Source of the DNA: Leucoraja ocellata
Lineage: Eukaryota
Length of the DNA: 64,000 nucleotides
Reading direction: 5' to 3'
NCBI GenBank assembly: GCA_036785375.1
Contig: JAWMAR010000026.1
Location: 7,812,001-7,876,000 of the forward strand
The notes below the pieces were generated by a model that had not been told where the DNA came from, did no database searches, and saw nothing but the letters and a program-made list of their open reading frames with translations. The number at the start of each line of letters is the position of its first letter. Position 1 is the first letter of the stretch. Shown piece after piece: positions 48,831 through 61,500 of the stretch. The position numbers and the translations under genes were made by a program.

Positions 48831-50397
48831 GGAAGCTAACAACTCGCAACTCGTAACTCATGTAATTTATTAGCTAAACATGTTTTTCAACATACAGAGA
48901 ATTTGATTTGCCATACAGTCATACCAAAAAAGGCAACAAGACACAAATACATAAAAATTAACACAAACATCCACCACAGCGGCTCCACCACATTCCTCAC
49001 TGTGATGGAAGGCAATAAAGTCTCATCTTCTTTCCTCCAATGAAGACAATGCCCCCCCCCCCCCCCCCCCCTGTGACGCCATTATCAATACGCTGGACTC
49101 TACCATTCAGTATAAACTCAACTGACCCAAATACAAGTACTGCAGCTACAATAAGTAACACAATCGAGAAGGTGCGTGTCCATGTGTTACTCCAACTTTT
49201 TATGTCTATCTTTGCGGAGAAGGTCAAATAATCCCTGTTCAAGCCGTACACTGGGCTTATCCCAGAAATCTATCTATATTACATTGATGATTGCATTGGG
49301 GCTCCCATGCACAACTCACAGATTTCATTAACATCACGACTAAGTTTCATCCCGCACTCAAGTTCACTAGGACCATCTCCGACATCTCCCTTCCGTTTCT
49401 TTATCTCACTGGCTCCAACACAGGAAACAGAATATCGACTGACATATATTATAAACTCACAACTATTTAGATTACACTTATTCCCACACTGGGTCCTACA
49501 AAAACTCTGTCCCCTACTCCGAATTCCTACGTCTACGCTGCATCTGCGCCCAAGATGACGTGTGCCAAACCAGGACATCCCGATGTCCTTATTCTTTAGG
49601 AAATGGGAATTCTCGTCATCCATCACAGATGAGGCCCTCACCCGGGTCTCCCCAGTAGCACAGCAGCTGTACTCCTGCTGACCCTCTCTCCAGTTGCAAC
49701 ATGGCGGCATGGTGGCGAAGCGGTGGAGTTGCTGCCTTACAGCAAATGCAGCAGACACCGGTTCGATCCGAACTACGGGTGCCGCCGTACAGAGTTTGTA
49801 CGTTCTTCCTGTGACCTACGTGGGTTTCTCCGAGATTTTCGATTTCTTCCCACACTCCAAAGACCTACAGGTATGTAGGATAGTTGGATTGGTAAATGTA
49901 AACAAAATGTCCCTAGTAGCTGGGTCTCTAAATTCTAAATTAAACGGAGTAGGTCATAGATCATAAGGTCAGAAGGTGGGGTCAAGGAAAGCGTTCACGT
50001 CGCAGCCCTGTTTCCACCCATCTTACCACCACCACGCACAAGAAGCACAAGAAACACAAGATGCAATTGTATGCAGATGCCGAGAAATGTGTTTAGCTGT
50101 GGCTGTACATTATCTAATCGTGTGATGTGGACTCGATAAGAAGGTCAGAAGGTCATAAGTGATAGGAGTAGTATTGGGCCATTCGGCCCATCAAGTCTAG
50201 TCTGCCATTCAATAATGACTCATCCCTCCTAAAGGTTGATGCAAAAAAGTTATGAAACTCCTCTGCCATTTCTTTATTCCTCATTATCACTTCTCCTGCA
50301 TCATTCTCCAGAGACCCAACTTCCACTCTTCTCTGTCTTACTCTTTATATAACTGAAGACATTCTTACTATCGTCTTTTATTTTATTGGCTATCTAT

Positions 50398-50741
50398 AGA
50401 GCCTGTCGCACGAGCATGCGACTCCATGCGGCAAGCACGACCTAATCGATCCCACCTCGATCGCCGGAGCCGTATGGAGTTGTGCGGAGCTGGTCCCGAC
50501 ACCGCGCGGGGCTCCGAAAAACTGACCGTGTCCAAAGATTCCGCGAGGCCCGCAGCCGCCTCGACGCCGTACGCAGCGTCTTGACGCCGTACGCAGCGTC
50601 TTGACGCCGTACGTCACGCGCGAACTTCCCGCGGACTTCGCTCGAACTTCACGTCACTCACTCGACGTCCACCCCCCCCCCCCCCCTTCTGGTTTGGTCG
50701 CGCTCGCCGCATTCAGGTCGCATGCTCGTGGGACAGGCCCT
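50398..50741. mobile_element. MITE with about 25-bp terminal inverted repeats (PIF/Harbinger-like), GC-rich
   Basis: Left end agagcctgtcgcacgagcatgcgac versus reverse complement of right end agggcctgtcccacgagcatgcgac. Internal 20-bp tandem repeat gacgccgtacgcagcgtctt; splits an older CR1 fragment. The superfamily is inferred. Confidence 0.75.
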
Positions 50742-53700
50742 TTACCTTCGTATTTCATCTTCTCTCACCTTCTATTGTTCGGTAAAGCTTTCTGTTTCTC
50801 TGGCTTCCTACTAATCTCCGCTTTGTTATACGCCTTCTCCTTTAGTTTTACACTGTCCTTGACTTCCCTTGTCTTTGTCCCACTAGAATCTTTCTTCCTC
50901 TTTGGAATGAAAAGATCCTGCATCTCCTGGATTATTCCCAGAAATTCCTGCCATTGCTGTTCCACTGTCACCCCTGATATGGTCCCTTTCTAGTCCACAC
51001 TTTTCACCCCATCGGCCCTCGCATACAGCACACATTTCTCCGACATTTTCGCCAGCTCCAACGGGTTCCTACCACTAGCCATATCTTCCCATCTTCACCC
51101 CTTTCGGCTTTGCGCAGAGGGCGTTATCATTCTACAATTCCTTATCCACATCTGTCGTTTTCACACCATATTCTTCCATATCTCTAGAATTCCTGTCGCC
51201 TGACTCTCAGTCTAATGAAGGGCCTCGATCCAAAACGTCACCCATTCCTTCTCTCCAGAAATGCTGTCTGTCCCGCTGAGTTACTCCAGCATTTTGAGCA
51301 TATATTCTGGGTAAATCAATATCTGTAGTTCTTCCCTACACCCTTAAAGCACTTATGTCAAGTGTTAGGAGCGAAATGGTTGCAGAGACGACATTCAGTC
51401 CAGTGGATGTACATGAGGCCACATCGGGAAGGGCGGATATAGTACATAAGTTTGGTGGCGGTGCACGTGAAATTCTGTCTCACCTGGAAGGAGTGCCGGG
51501 GTCCCTGAATGGAGGCGAGGGTGGAGGTATAAGGACAGGTGTTGCATTTCCTGCGGTTAGACTTATTGAGAATCATAGAGTCACATCGCCTATAAACAGG
51601 CTCTTTATCACAACTTGCCCGCGCCGACCAACGTGCCGCATCTGCACTCGGCCCACTTGCATGTGTCCTTAACCATCTAAACCTATCCTGTCCATGCACC
51701 TTTCTAAAGGTTTTGTAAACATTGTTACAGTATCTGCTTCAACTAACTCCTCTGGCTACTCGTTCCACACACCGCGCACCCTTTGTGTAAAAAAGATGCT
51801 CCGCAGGTTCTAATTAAAAATGTCTACACTCACTTTATACCGATCTCCTTTGCTTGTCCATTCCCCATCTCTGGGTAAAAGTACCACATTCCTCTCATGA
51901 TCGTGTTCGCCTCTCTAAGGTCACCCCGTCGCCCTTCTGCACCAAGGAATAAAGTCCTAGCCTGCTCAATTTCTCTCTATAGCCCGGACATGTGTTCTGG
52001 TAACATTCTCGTTTTACTTCTCTGCAACCTTTCCATCTTAATTGCATATTTCCTGCAACCGAGTGACCAAAACAGAACACAATACCATGAGTGTTGCCAC
52101 ATCAATGCCATGCATAGCTGTAACATGGCCTCCCAACCTCTATATTAAATACTCTGGCTGATGAAGGCCGATGTGCTGAAAGCGTTCTTGGCTACCCTAT
52201 CTACTTGTTACTTCCAAGGAACTATGTACCAGTACTCCCAGATCCGTCCGCCCCGTCACTCCCCAGAGCTCTGCCATTCACTGTGTAGATCCTGCCATGG
52301 TTTACTTCCCAAAAAGCAATAGCTCACACATCTCTATATTAAACTCAATGCACCATGCATTAGGGGACAGGGGAAAGTATTCGGGAGGAGGTGGTTTGGG
52401 TGGGAAGGGATGTACGAACCATGGAATTGTAGAAGGAGTGATCTCTGCAAACACAGATTGGGTGGAGATGGTGAGATATGATCGATGTTGTAATCACATC
52501 AGGGATGCCGGAAATGCAGGATTATGATGTGGTGGATGCGGAGGGTATGATTAGTGGTGGGATCACATTGGAGGTAACAGAAATACCCAAGACTGAAGTA
52601 TTGGATTCAGTGGCTAGTGGGGTGAAAGATGAGGTCAAAGGGACTCTATCCTTGTTCTGTTTGGGGGGGAAGGGGAGCGAGAGCAAAGCTATAGGGCACA
52701 GAGGGGACGCGAGTCAGGGGTCCATCTATGACAGAAGGGGACCACTAACATTACTAAAGCAAGACGACGTCTTGAATGTCCTCGATTAAAAAAGCCGCAT
52801 CGTGGGAGCTAATGTGGTGCAGTCGGTGGAATTGAGAATAGGGGATAGCGTCTTTGCATGAGCCATGGTGGAAGGAAGTGTAGTCCAGATAACTGTGGGA
52901 GTCTATAGGCGTGTAGTAAACTTCAGTTCATAGTTTGCCCCCTGTGGCGGAGGCAGAGAGATCAAAAAAGGGAAGAGAGGTGTCGGAGATATTCCAGGTG
53001 AAAGGGTCCCGACCGGAAACGTCATTAATCTGAAGAAGGGTCTTGATCTGAAACGTCACCGATCCCAAGTTTTCCAGGAATGCTGTCTGGCCCACTGATT
53101 TACCCAGCAGTTTGTCTTCCTTGTTAAACCAGTTTGATCATATTATTATCAATTGCTTTGTCTTTCGATTGGCTACACACCGTATCGTCAGTCTCTGCTT
53201 TAGTCCTTTACCACACCACTTCCTATTCCCTGCTTCTGTACTTGCACGAACACCTCTGCTTCTCTACTCTCCTGTTGTTCTCAAATAAGGCCATGAAAAT
53301 GATATGCTTATTTTGTTACTGATTTTACGGATCCAGCAATAACCGCGGAGCATTTATTACGTGAACACCGACCCTTACAATATTATAGATTTCGCAATCC
53401 CAAAGCTCCAGCCCTTTCCATTGAATGATATTTGAAGGCTATTATCCTTTAATGGTACACGGTGGACGGCTTGATAGTACTCATGTATAGTCTTTTCTTT
53501 GACTGATAGCATGCAACAAAAGGCTTCCCACTATATGTTTATTTTTCCCCAACCGAGTCAAGACGGATTGGTTTCGTCTCTGATCGTTTCGATTTTTATT
53601 CATATGATGTACAGCGTTTCCATTTCTGATCATGTTTGTTTTTAATCTTCAAACATTCAGCGATTGCAAAGCGACTGGAAAGAATGCGGTAAAAGCACGC

Positions 53701-54645
53701 TTGGGAGTGCATATTATTTTACAGAAATTATAATTTAGGTGCCTACCTTTACAAAGCATATGCAAAGACAGGGAGCACAGTTGCTAAACGCATGGATACC
53801 GAAACTTACTTGAACATAACTTTGTCAATCATTTGCAATCCATTTCACCCCAAGTGTTGAAGGTGAAGGGCTCAGTTGGTTAGGAGTTTTGACGTAAAAT
53901 CAGTGCTTCATGCTTGTAATATAGTAATCTCGTTCTTTCTCTGAGGGTTGTTGCAGCTTTTTGTCAGAGAATGGACGAGCTAATAAGTAATTACACAAAT
54001 AACAATACATCACTTTGAGCACGGACACTACTTGGGATCCCATTCTGAATAGATTACATCAGCACCTCGCATTTGCTTTATTGGCTGTTAGTTGTCAGTG
54101 GCATTATCCGTACAATTGTTTGCTCTCTTTTCTTGTTTCCTGCCGTAACGAGCGGAGCGTAGATCACTTTAGCATGCATTGGTTTCTGCTTGGTCTACAA
54201 GATGAAAATTAGGGGGAAGAACATTAATTCATTTTTAAGTTGCTTTAAATCTAATGGAGACGCGAGAGCATCGTAAGATCAGAAATTATTACAACAGGCT
54301 GCCAACTAAAAGTTATAAAAATGAACGGCAGATACTGGTTTATACCAAAAATAGTGCTGGAGTGAGTCAGCGGGTCAGGCAGCATATCTGACGAAAATGG
54401 GCAGGTGACTCTTGGNNNNNNNNNNNNNNNNNNNNNNNNNNNNNNNNNNNNNNNNNNNNNNNNNNNNNNNNNNNNNNNNNNNNNNNNNNNNNNNNNNNNN
54501 NNNNNNNNNNNNNNNNNNNNNNNNNNNNNNNNNNNNNNNNNNNNNNNNNNNNNNNNNNNNNNNNNNNNNNNNNNNNNNNNNNNNNNNTGGGGAGGCGGAA
54601 CTGAGGCGAAGAAAAAACAGGACCAATCAAGGCCGGCAACACTCC

Positions 54646-54730
54646 CTAAACTAAATTAAACTAAGCTCATCTAAACTAAACTAAACGAAATATATCTAAA
54701 CTAAACTAAACGAAATTAAACTAAACTAAA
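54646..54730. repeat. (CTAAA)n microsatellite
   Basis: Imperfect pentamer array abutting the ITIM-exon relic of gene C. Confidence 0.85.
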
Positions 54731-54900
54731 AATAAGGCACAATCGCTTCCATAGACAAAACGAGAAATCTTCTAAACAAAGGTGAATTGATTCTTGCGGA
54801 GAACGACATAATCAGGCTCTAAAATTGATTCGATGGCCCATTACAGGAATAGAAGTGTCTATCAATTCTGCTGCTCCAACAGTACTAAAAAAACGAGTAA

Positions 54901-56513
54901 TAGAGCCCCCCATAATGTTTGGGACAAAGACCCATCATTTATTTAATTGACTCTGTATTACACAATTTGAGATTTGTAATAGAAAAAAAATCACATGTAG
55001 TTAAAGTGCATATTGTCAGGTTTTATTCAAGACCATTTAATACATCTTGGTTTTACCATGTAGAAATTACAGCTGGTTTATACATAGTCCCCCCCATTTC
55101 ATGCCACCATAATGTTTGGGACACATGGCTTCACAGGTGTTTGTAATTGCTCAGGTGTGTTTAAGGGGGTTCTCAGCACCTAGTCTATCCTCCAGTCTTT
55201 CCATCACATTTGGAAACCTTTATTGCTGTTTAACAACATGAGGACCGAAGATGTGCCAATGAAAGTCAAAGAAGCCATTATGAGTCTGAGAAACACGAAT
55301 AAAAATGTTAGAGACATCAGCCAAACCGTAGGCTTACCAAAATCAACTGTTCAGAACATCCTTAAGAAGAAAGAGTGCATTTTTGACCTTAATAATCGCA
55401 AAGGGACAGCCAGGCCATGGAAGACCTCCACTGCCGATGAGAGAAGAATTTTCTCCATAATAAAGAAAAATCCCCAACCACCTGTCCGAAAGATCAGAAA
55501 CACTCTTCGGGGGTCAGGTGTGGATTTGTCAATGACCTCTCTCCGTGGAAGACTTCATGAACAAAAATACAGAGGCTGCACTGCAAGATGCAAACGACTG
55601 GTTAGCCGCAAAATTAGGATGGCCATGTTACAGTTTGCCAAGAAGTACTTAAAAGAGCAACCGCAGTTCTGGAAAAAGGGCAGATGAGACAGATGAGAGG
55701 AAGATTAAGATATCAGAGTGATGGCAAGAGCAAAGTATGGAGGAGAGAAGGAATTGCCCAAGATCCAATGCATACCACCTCATCGATGAGCCAGTACCTG
55801 GGCATGTATGGCTGCTGAAGGTACTGGCTCACTTATCTTCATTGATGCTACAACTGCTGATGCTAGGAGCAGAATGCATTCTCAAGTGTATAGACACATC
55901 CTATCTGCAAAATATCAAACAAATGCATCAAAACTGGCCGGCAGTTCATTCTACAGCAAATCAATGACCACAAACATATTGCTAAAGCGACAAAGGAGTT
56001 TTTCAAAGCTAAAAAAGGTCAATTCTTCAGTGGCCGTCAATCACCCGATCTGAACCAAATTGAGCATGCCTTTTATATGCTGAAGAGAAAACTGATGGGT
56101 ACTAGCCCCCAAAACAAGCATAAGCTAGAGATAACTGTAATACAGGCCTGGCAAGGCATCGCCAGAGAAGACACCCAGCAACTGGCGATGTCAACGAATC
56201 GCTGACTTCAAGCAGTCATTGCATGCAAAGGATATGCAACAAAATACTAAACATGACTACTTTCATTTACATGACATTGCTGTGCACCACACATTATGGT
56301 GCCCTGAAATGGGGGGAGGGAACTATGTATAAACACTGCTGTAATTCCGACATGGTGAAACCAAAATGTATAAAAATGCACTTTTTTAAAAATCTGACAA
56401 TGTGCACTTTAACTACATGTGATTTTGTTTTCCATTAAAAATCTCAAATTGTGGAGTACAGAGGCAAATAAATGAGTGATGGGTCTTTGTCCAAAACATT
56501 ATGGAGGGCACTG
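54901..56513 (+). mobile_element. Tc1/mariner transposon (IR/DR type), full length, broken transposase
   Basis: About 230-bp imperfect inverted repeats, each with two ccataatgtttgggaca-type direct repeats; right end cactg|TA. Transposase remnants VRDISQTVGLPKSTVQNILKK...TARCK...FAKKYLKEQPQFWKK and SPDLNQIEHAF. The empty site (gttagatc) is present in both gene B cassettes. Confidence 0.92.
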
Positions 56514-56812
56514 TAGATCTGATTAGCTAAAACAATCGCCGTGTGGGGATGGCGGGGGAAGGTTTCCTAGCCGTAAATGACCCTTATTATCTTCGTAAAC
56601 GTCTTTGCTTTATCTTAGCATTTACAAACGCAAATAAGCAAATTACAGCCAACTGTTTGAACGGAAATAATCGCGTACGCGATTTTTCATTTCATTTCAC
56701 ATCAAAATTCTGTTTCCAAGTGGTTGTCAGTGTGCAAAGTAGCAAAGACGTCGTCTGTTTCGATGCGCTTAAGGAACACTGTCGCCTGGATCCATTTTAG
56801 AGCCTGATAGTG

Positions 56813-56948
56813 TTTAAGAGGGAACTGCAGATGCTGGAGAATCGAAGGTTATACAGAAAAGCTGGAGAAACTCAGCAGGTGCAGCAGCATCTATGGAGCG
56901 AAGGAAATAGGCAACGTTTCGGGCCGAAACCCTTCTTCAGTCTGAACC
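56813..56948 (-). mobile_element. 136-bp Penelope-terminal-repeat insertion with a 16-bp flanking direct repeat
   Basis: ttagagcctgatagtg at 56797-56812 and 56949-56964; the insert is nearly identical to the reverse complement of about 430-558. Confidence 0.8.
56913..56940 (-). ncRNA. Minimal hammerhead-ribozyme-like motif
   Basis: CTGAAGA-a-GGGT-TTCG-GCCC-GAAAC-GTT on the minus strand, with palindromic AACGTT. Confidence 0.45.
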
Positions 56949-58439
56949 TTAGAGCCTGATAGTGCCGTTCTTCGCAACAAAGTTACACGACACAGTTCAG
57001 AGAAGGTCCACTGGGATGATTGCGGGTGCATTGGGGTTTCTTTCTATGCGCAAATAGAGGGCAGCTTGATTCTGTACTGATTGGACGTCCTACCACTGTC
57101 TTCGAGTCTTCACATGGTAATTACTGGGCATGCAGTGGGTGCCAGGCAAAAACGGCACATATATGCATCCGTGGTAGGCATTCCGGTTTTTGCTCTGGAT
57201 GTACGAGCATTTAACAGACCTTAGACATTTTGTTGACAAGAGGCACGAATTTTTAGAAGTGAGTGCAATATATCATCTTGGCAAGATGGGTTTTCATCTA
57301 GCAATCGTGTTAACGTACAAGACCCTTTCAACGGCTGCTACCGAGAGGTATTGGTAGCAACGATACTGCTATCTAATTTCCGTTGTATTGAAGGCAAACA
57401 CAGATATTTTAACTTTACTTCTTCCATGGGCGTGTAAATGTGAAATGTTACTTCAGATTAATCTAAGGGCAATTAAATGCATCCCAGACTACCGACAGTT
57501 ATTTTTAGGACCATGCTTCATTTGTGAGTACATACCATTAATATCAGACATTTCTCATTCCTTCTGGGTACCAGGTAAATTAAAAATACTAATTTCTTCT
57601 CAAGTTACAAAAATGGCATTTTGTCACCCGAAAAAAAGCGGTTCTCATAGAGTTGGTGGTTAATATAGATCGATGGAGACGATCATATGCAAAGACATGG
57701 CTTTATCCCGAATCGATATTAATATGCTGATGTCGTTAGCCTTTTAATTCTAGTCAGTGTTTTTTCGGGAGCCAGGCCGCTGGTAATTAAATAGAATCTC
57801 CAGTTAGCATTCTCTCCCGATTGCTGGGATTCATATAATTTGACCTGGCAGAGAGCAAATACGGAGAGGCAGGGCTTTGACCATGAAAACAAATGTAAAC
57901 TGTCTAGATTTCCAAAGGAATGTCAGATAGGTTGGCAACATATGACACATGAAAAAAGATCTGCGAATACGTAATTAGAGACAATTTGCAGATCGATTCG
58001 TGGCTGGCTGCGGGAAAGAGACTAAACCTCAACTGCTCACAGAAAGCAATGGGCGCAGTTGTGTTGCTTCCAGTCCTGCAAATTGTTCGAACCAGAATCA
58101 AACCTGATTCCTGAAGTATGGGTGACACATAATTGGACGGGTGACACATAATTGATCTTCAGTACTGAGGGGAACAGCACGATACAGTAGGATATTAGTA
58201 TACTTAAAAATGGGCGGAATGGCGAATATGAATACTTTCATGGAAGGGAGACCACTCATTGTAACATAAAACATAAATACACAGCATAGGAAAATGCCCC
58301 TCGGCCCACAATGGCTTTGTCGACCGAGATGACAAGATAAATTAAGCTATTTTGCCCAAGAAAAGAGACATCACGAGCTTCCCTTTCTATAGCTATAGCT
58401 CCCTGAACAAAATGCTTAATTGGGTTAAATTTTCTTTAC

Positions 58440-58538
58440 CTTTATTTTTTCTTGCAATACAACATGATGCAACGAGAAGAGGCAGTAGTAACGTTACTAA
58501 ACCGCACATTATCCTGACACAATTGATGATGTAAATAC
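58440..58538 (-). CDS. Gene C transmembrane exon with intramembrane Arg
   Basis: 99 nt, phase 1-1, same acceptor context as the gene B TM exon (atttcaatcttacag). Arg (AGG) aligns to Cys of gene B. Confidence 0.85.
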
Positions 58539-61500
58539 CTGTAAGATTGAAATACATAAGATACATATGAATATCGTAGCTCCTGAAATCGGAAAATCCC
58601 TCTCCCTTGAATCTGATGTATTACGCTGCAAGCTCAGAAATCTACTAATAATTTGAACATTTGCGAAAAGCAAACAAATACAATTGACAGATTTGAATTT
58701 AATAAATTTAATAAAATTGATGTTTGGGAGGAAGGTTGTCAAAGGTTACAGCAGGCATTATATCACTGTCTAGTTACCTTTTTTGTTTCTCTTAGTGTAC
58801 TCACGAAATGTCTTCATATTTTCCTTAATATTATTTGCTAGAATTATCCATTGCCTTTTTTTTGCCCGTTTGATTTGCTTCTTAATTATGCTCCTCAGTC
58901 TCCTAAACTCCTTCAAGGATACGCTTCATCCCAGCTGCCTATAACTGGCCCATACCTCCTTTTTTCCTGACCAGAGACTCAAATTTGCATGTCACCTGGG
59001 CTTCTTTACTCTCATTTGCCTTACCTATTACTTTAGCATGAACATGCATGCTTAGAACTCTCGCCTTTGCACTTTGAAGAGCATTCCATTTCCCCAAAGC
59101 TGCTTTGGCTGCAAATAACCTACTCAACTCAATCGTTGTAAGTTAAAATGATGCAAAGTGCTGGATTAACTCTGCTGGTCAATAAGTATCCTGGTTGGGT
59201 CTGCTCCAAGCCTCCACCAAGCGTTTGTAAATTCCTGTCGAATACCATCAAAGTTGACCTTGCACCAGCTTCGGACTTTAACCTTGTGGACGAACCCTGT
59301 GTTGATTCAAAACTATGTTCTCGCAAATAGAACTGTAGTTACTGGTCCCTAAATGTTCACCCACCAACATTTGTGGAGTCAAAGGGTAATTCAATGTGGA
59401 AACAGGCCTTTCAGCCTAACTTGCCCACGCGGACCAATATAGCCCATCCACACTAGTTCCACTTGCCTGCCGTTTGGCCCATGACCTCCTAAAACTATCC
59501 TTTCCATGCGCTGGTCCAGATTTATTTTTGCCCTCTAATTTTTTATTCCCCTCCTCTGAGAAAAATACCGTGCGTTTACCCCATCTGTTCCCCTAATGCG
59601 GAGAACTTCTATAAGATCACCGCTCATCCTTCTGCAGCACAAGGAATAAAGTCTGAGCCAGTTCAATCGCTCCCTATAACCCAGGCTCTCGAGTCCTGGT
59701 AACTCCCTCGTAAATCTTCCCTGCACCCTTTACAGTTTAACAACATAATTCCTGTAACAGGATGGCCATAACTGAACACAATACTCCAAATGTTGCCTCG
59801 CCAATGTCCTGTGCAATTGTAACACGACCTCTTAACTTCTATACTCAATATTATGAATGATGAAGGCTACTGTGCCGAACGCTTTCTTGCTCATGCTTTC
59901 AGGCGTACTTTTATGAACCTATTCATATAAGTGAGAAATAATGTTTTTCATACTTTACTACGAGAACAACAGCTTTAAAAAACGAACCGGTGTTCACTTA
60001 TTCCTTATTAAAATGAAAGTTCAATATGAGAGATACTCCTGATTAAATCGGAGACAGCAAACCGTCTGTCCGACTCACAAATTATATTCGCTTTAAAATT
60101 CAGGAATGTCAATGAGAATATTTTCAGCGTGTTACTTTATTTGAAGCTTTAAATTATTTGCAACATTTCTGATCTGTATGAAGTAATGTCATGTTCAGGG
60201 AATGGGAGACACCGTTTCAGCTCCTTGGACTTTCGGCAAGGAGCAGATACTAGCTCATGTATCCATCTTACACCTCTGCGTTGACTCATCCGGCAGTGGA
60301 GACAGGGCGGCAGAGCGAGATATGTTAGTCGGATATCGGGATCACGGCATTTTGATTAGAATCAAACAATAGACCCTCGCGGTGGCGGGGAATGGTTTCT
60401 GTGTTTGTTATGGGAGTGCTGTTATCCTACATTAAAAAAAAAAAACAGGAGACGTGAGAAGGTCGTTGTTAGACTGGACAAATGAGCCAAGATATGCTTA
60501 TATTTTGAGGAATTTGGAAGCATACGGGAAAGAGGAAATATTACACAATTCTGGTAAGCTGATAAAATATTTAAGGCAGATCGTGGAACTTTAGACCTCA
60601 TGGATGAAGCAGTGGATCCAAAGGACAGGATACCGTGACAAATGCTTGAAAATCACTAATTTTTAATTTAGGTCTATGCACAGGTTGTTTGCGAGAATGA
60701 TAGATGAGATCATTGTGGCTGGTTCAGTGAAGAGTTGGGAGAAGTTTGGGGTCTTCTCGTTTGGGCAGAAACGAAGGGCAGTTGGTCACGGGGGATGCTT
60801 TACTGGGGCAATTACAACCTATTTCCCCTGAAGAAAAAGGAAAACCAGCGGTTATACCGTATCGAGGAGATTTGTGGGAATAGTTTTCTTGAGATTCGCA
60901 GCTCCCAATTAATTTGTCAAAATACAATTTTGCGTGTACTTGATGAGAACATTTGCAGCCACATGGAAATCGAGCGGATGTGATTATAATAGACGGATCT
61001 TCATGGTTGATAGTTTCAGGCCCGGACTAACGGTAATTCATATCATGCGACATTTTGTGAAATCTCCAGCTTTACGTATATTTCTATGGTAATAGAGATC
61101 TTACCTGTCCTGCCTGTGTCGGAGTTGATGACAACGTAAGTAGCTGCTGCAGGAACACGGTGAGTTACATGATTCACAAGGCAGGTGTAAACGGTGCCGG
61201 TCGGGCCATACTGTGTCACCTTTAATCGGCTGGAAGCTTCATACAATCCATCTGCGGTGAGCTTGTTGCTATTAACTAAATCCGTTGTAGTTTTTATACC
61301 ATCTTTATACCAGATGAAGCTGATATCCTTTGGGTAAAAGGGAGATGTCGCGCAGAGAATAAAGAAGGATTCTGTCTTCTCGGGAATTCCAGAGTAAATT
61401 TTCAGTGGAGTTGGCGGAACTAGGGAATGAAGGTCAGTGATACGTTTATATTAGTAGAAAATAAGTGCGCGGAATGCGAATGGTTAATGTGAGGCGGATT

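Larger units (their letters stand above)
54078..57571 (-). pseudogene. Decayed ITIM tail exons of gene C
   Basis: Exon c1 relic 57536-57571: acceptor TG, GTQKE*. Exon c2 relic 54732-54755: acceptor TG, 12-nt deletion, IVPY then a (TTTAG)n repeat and stop. Exon c3 54078-54194 is still open (TKQKPMHAKVIYAPLV...) but is phase 0, so it is not reachable in frame from the phase-1 TM exon. Confidence 0.8.

Noticed and set aside
50563-50613. CRISPR-like direct repeats
   Set aside because: Simple 20-bp tandem repeat without spacers inside a MITE in a eukaryotic genome.
55223-56210. Domesticated or active transposase
   Set aside because: Frameshifts, stops and decayed inverted repeats; a dead Tc1 copy.
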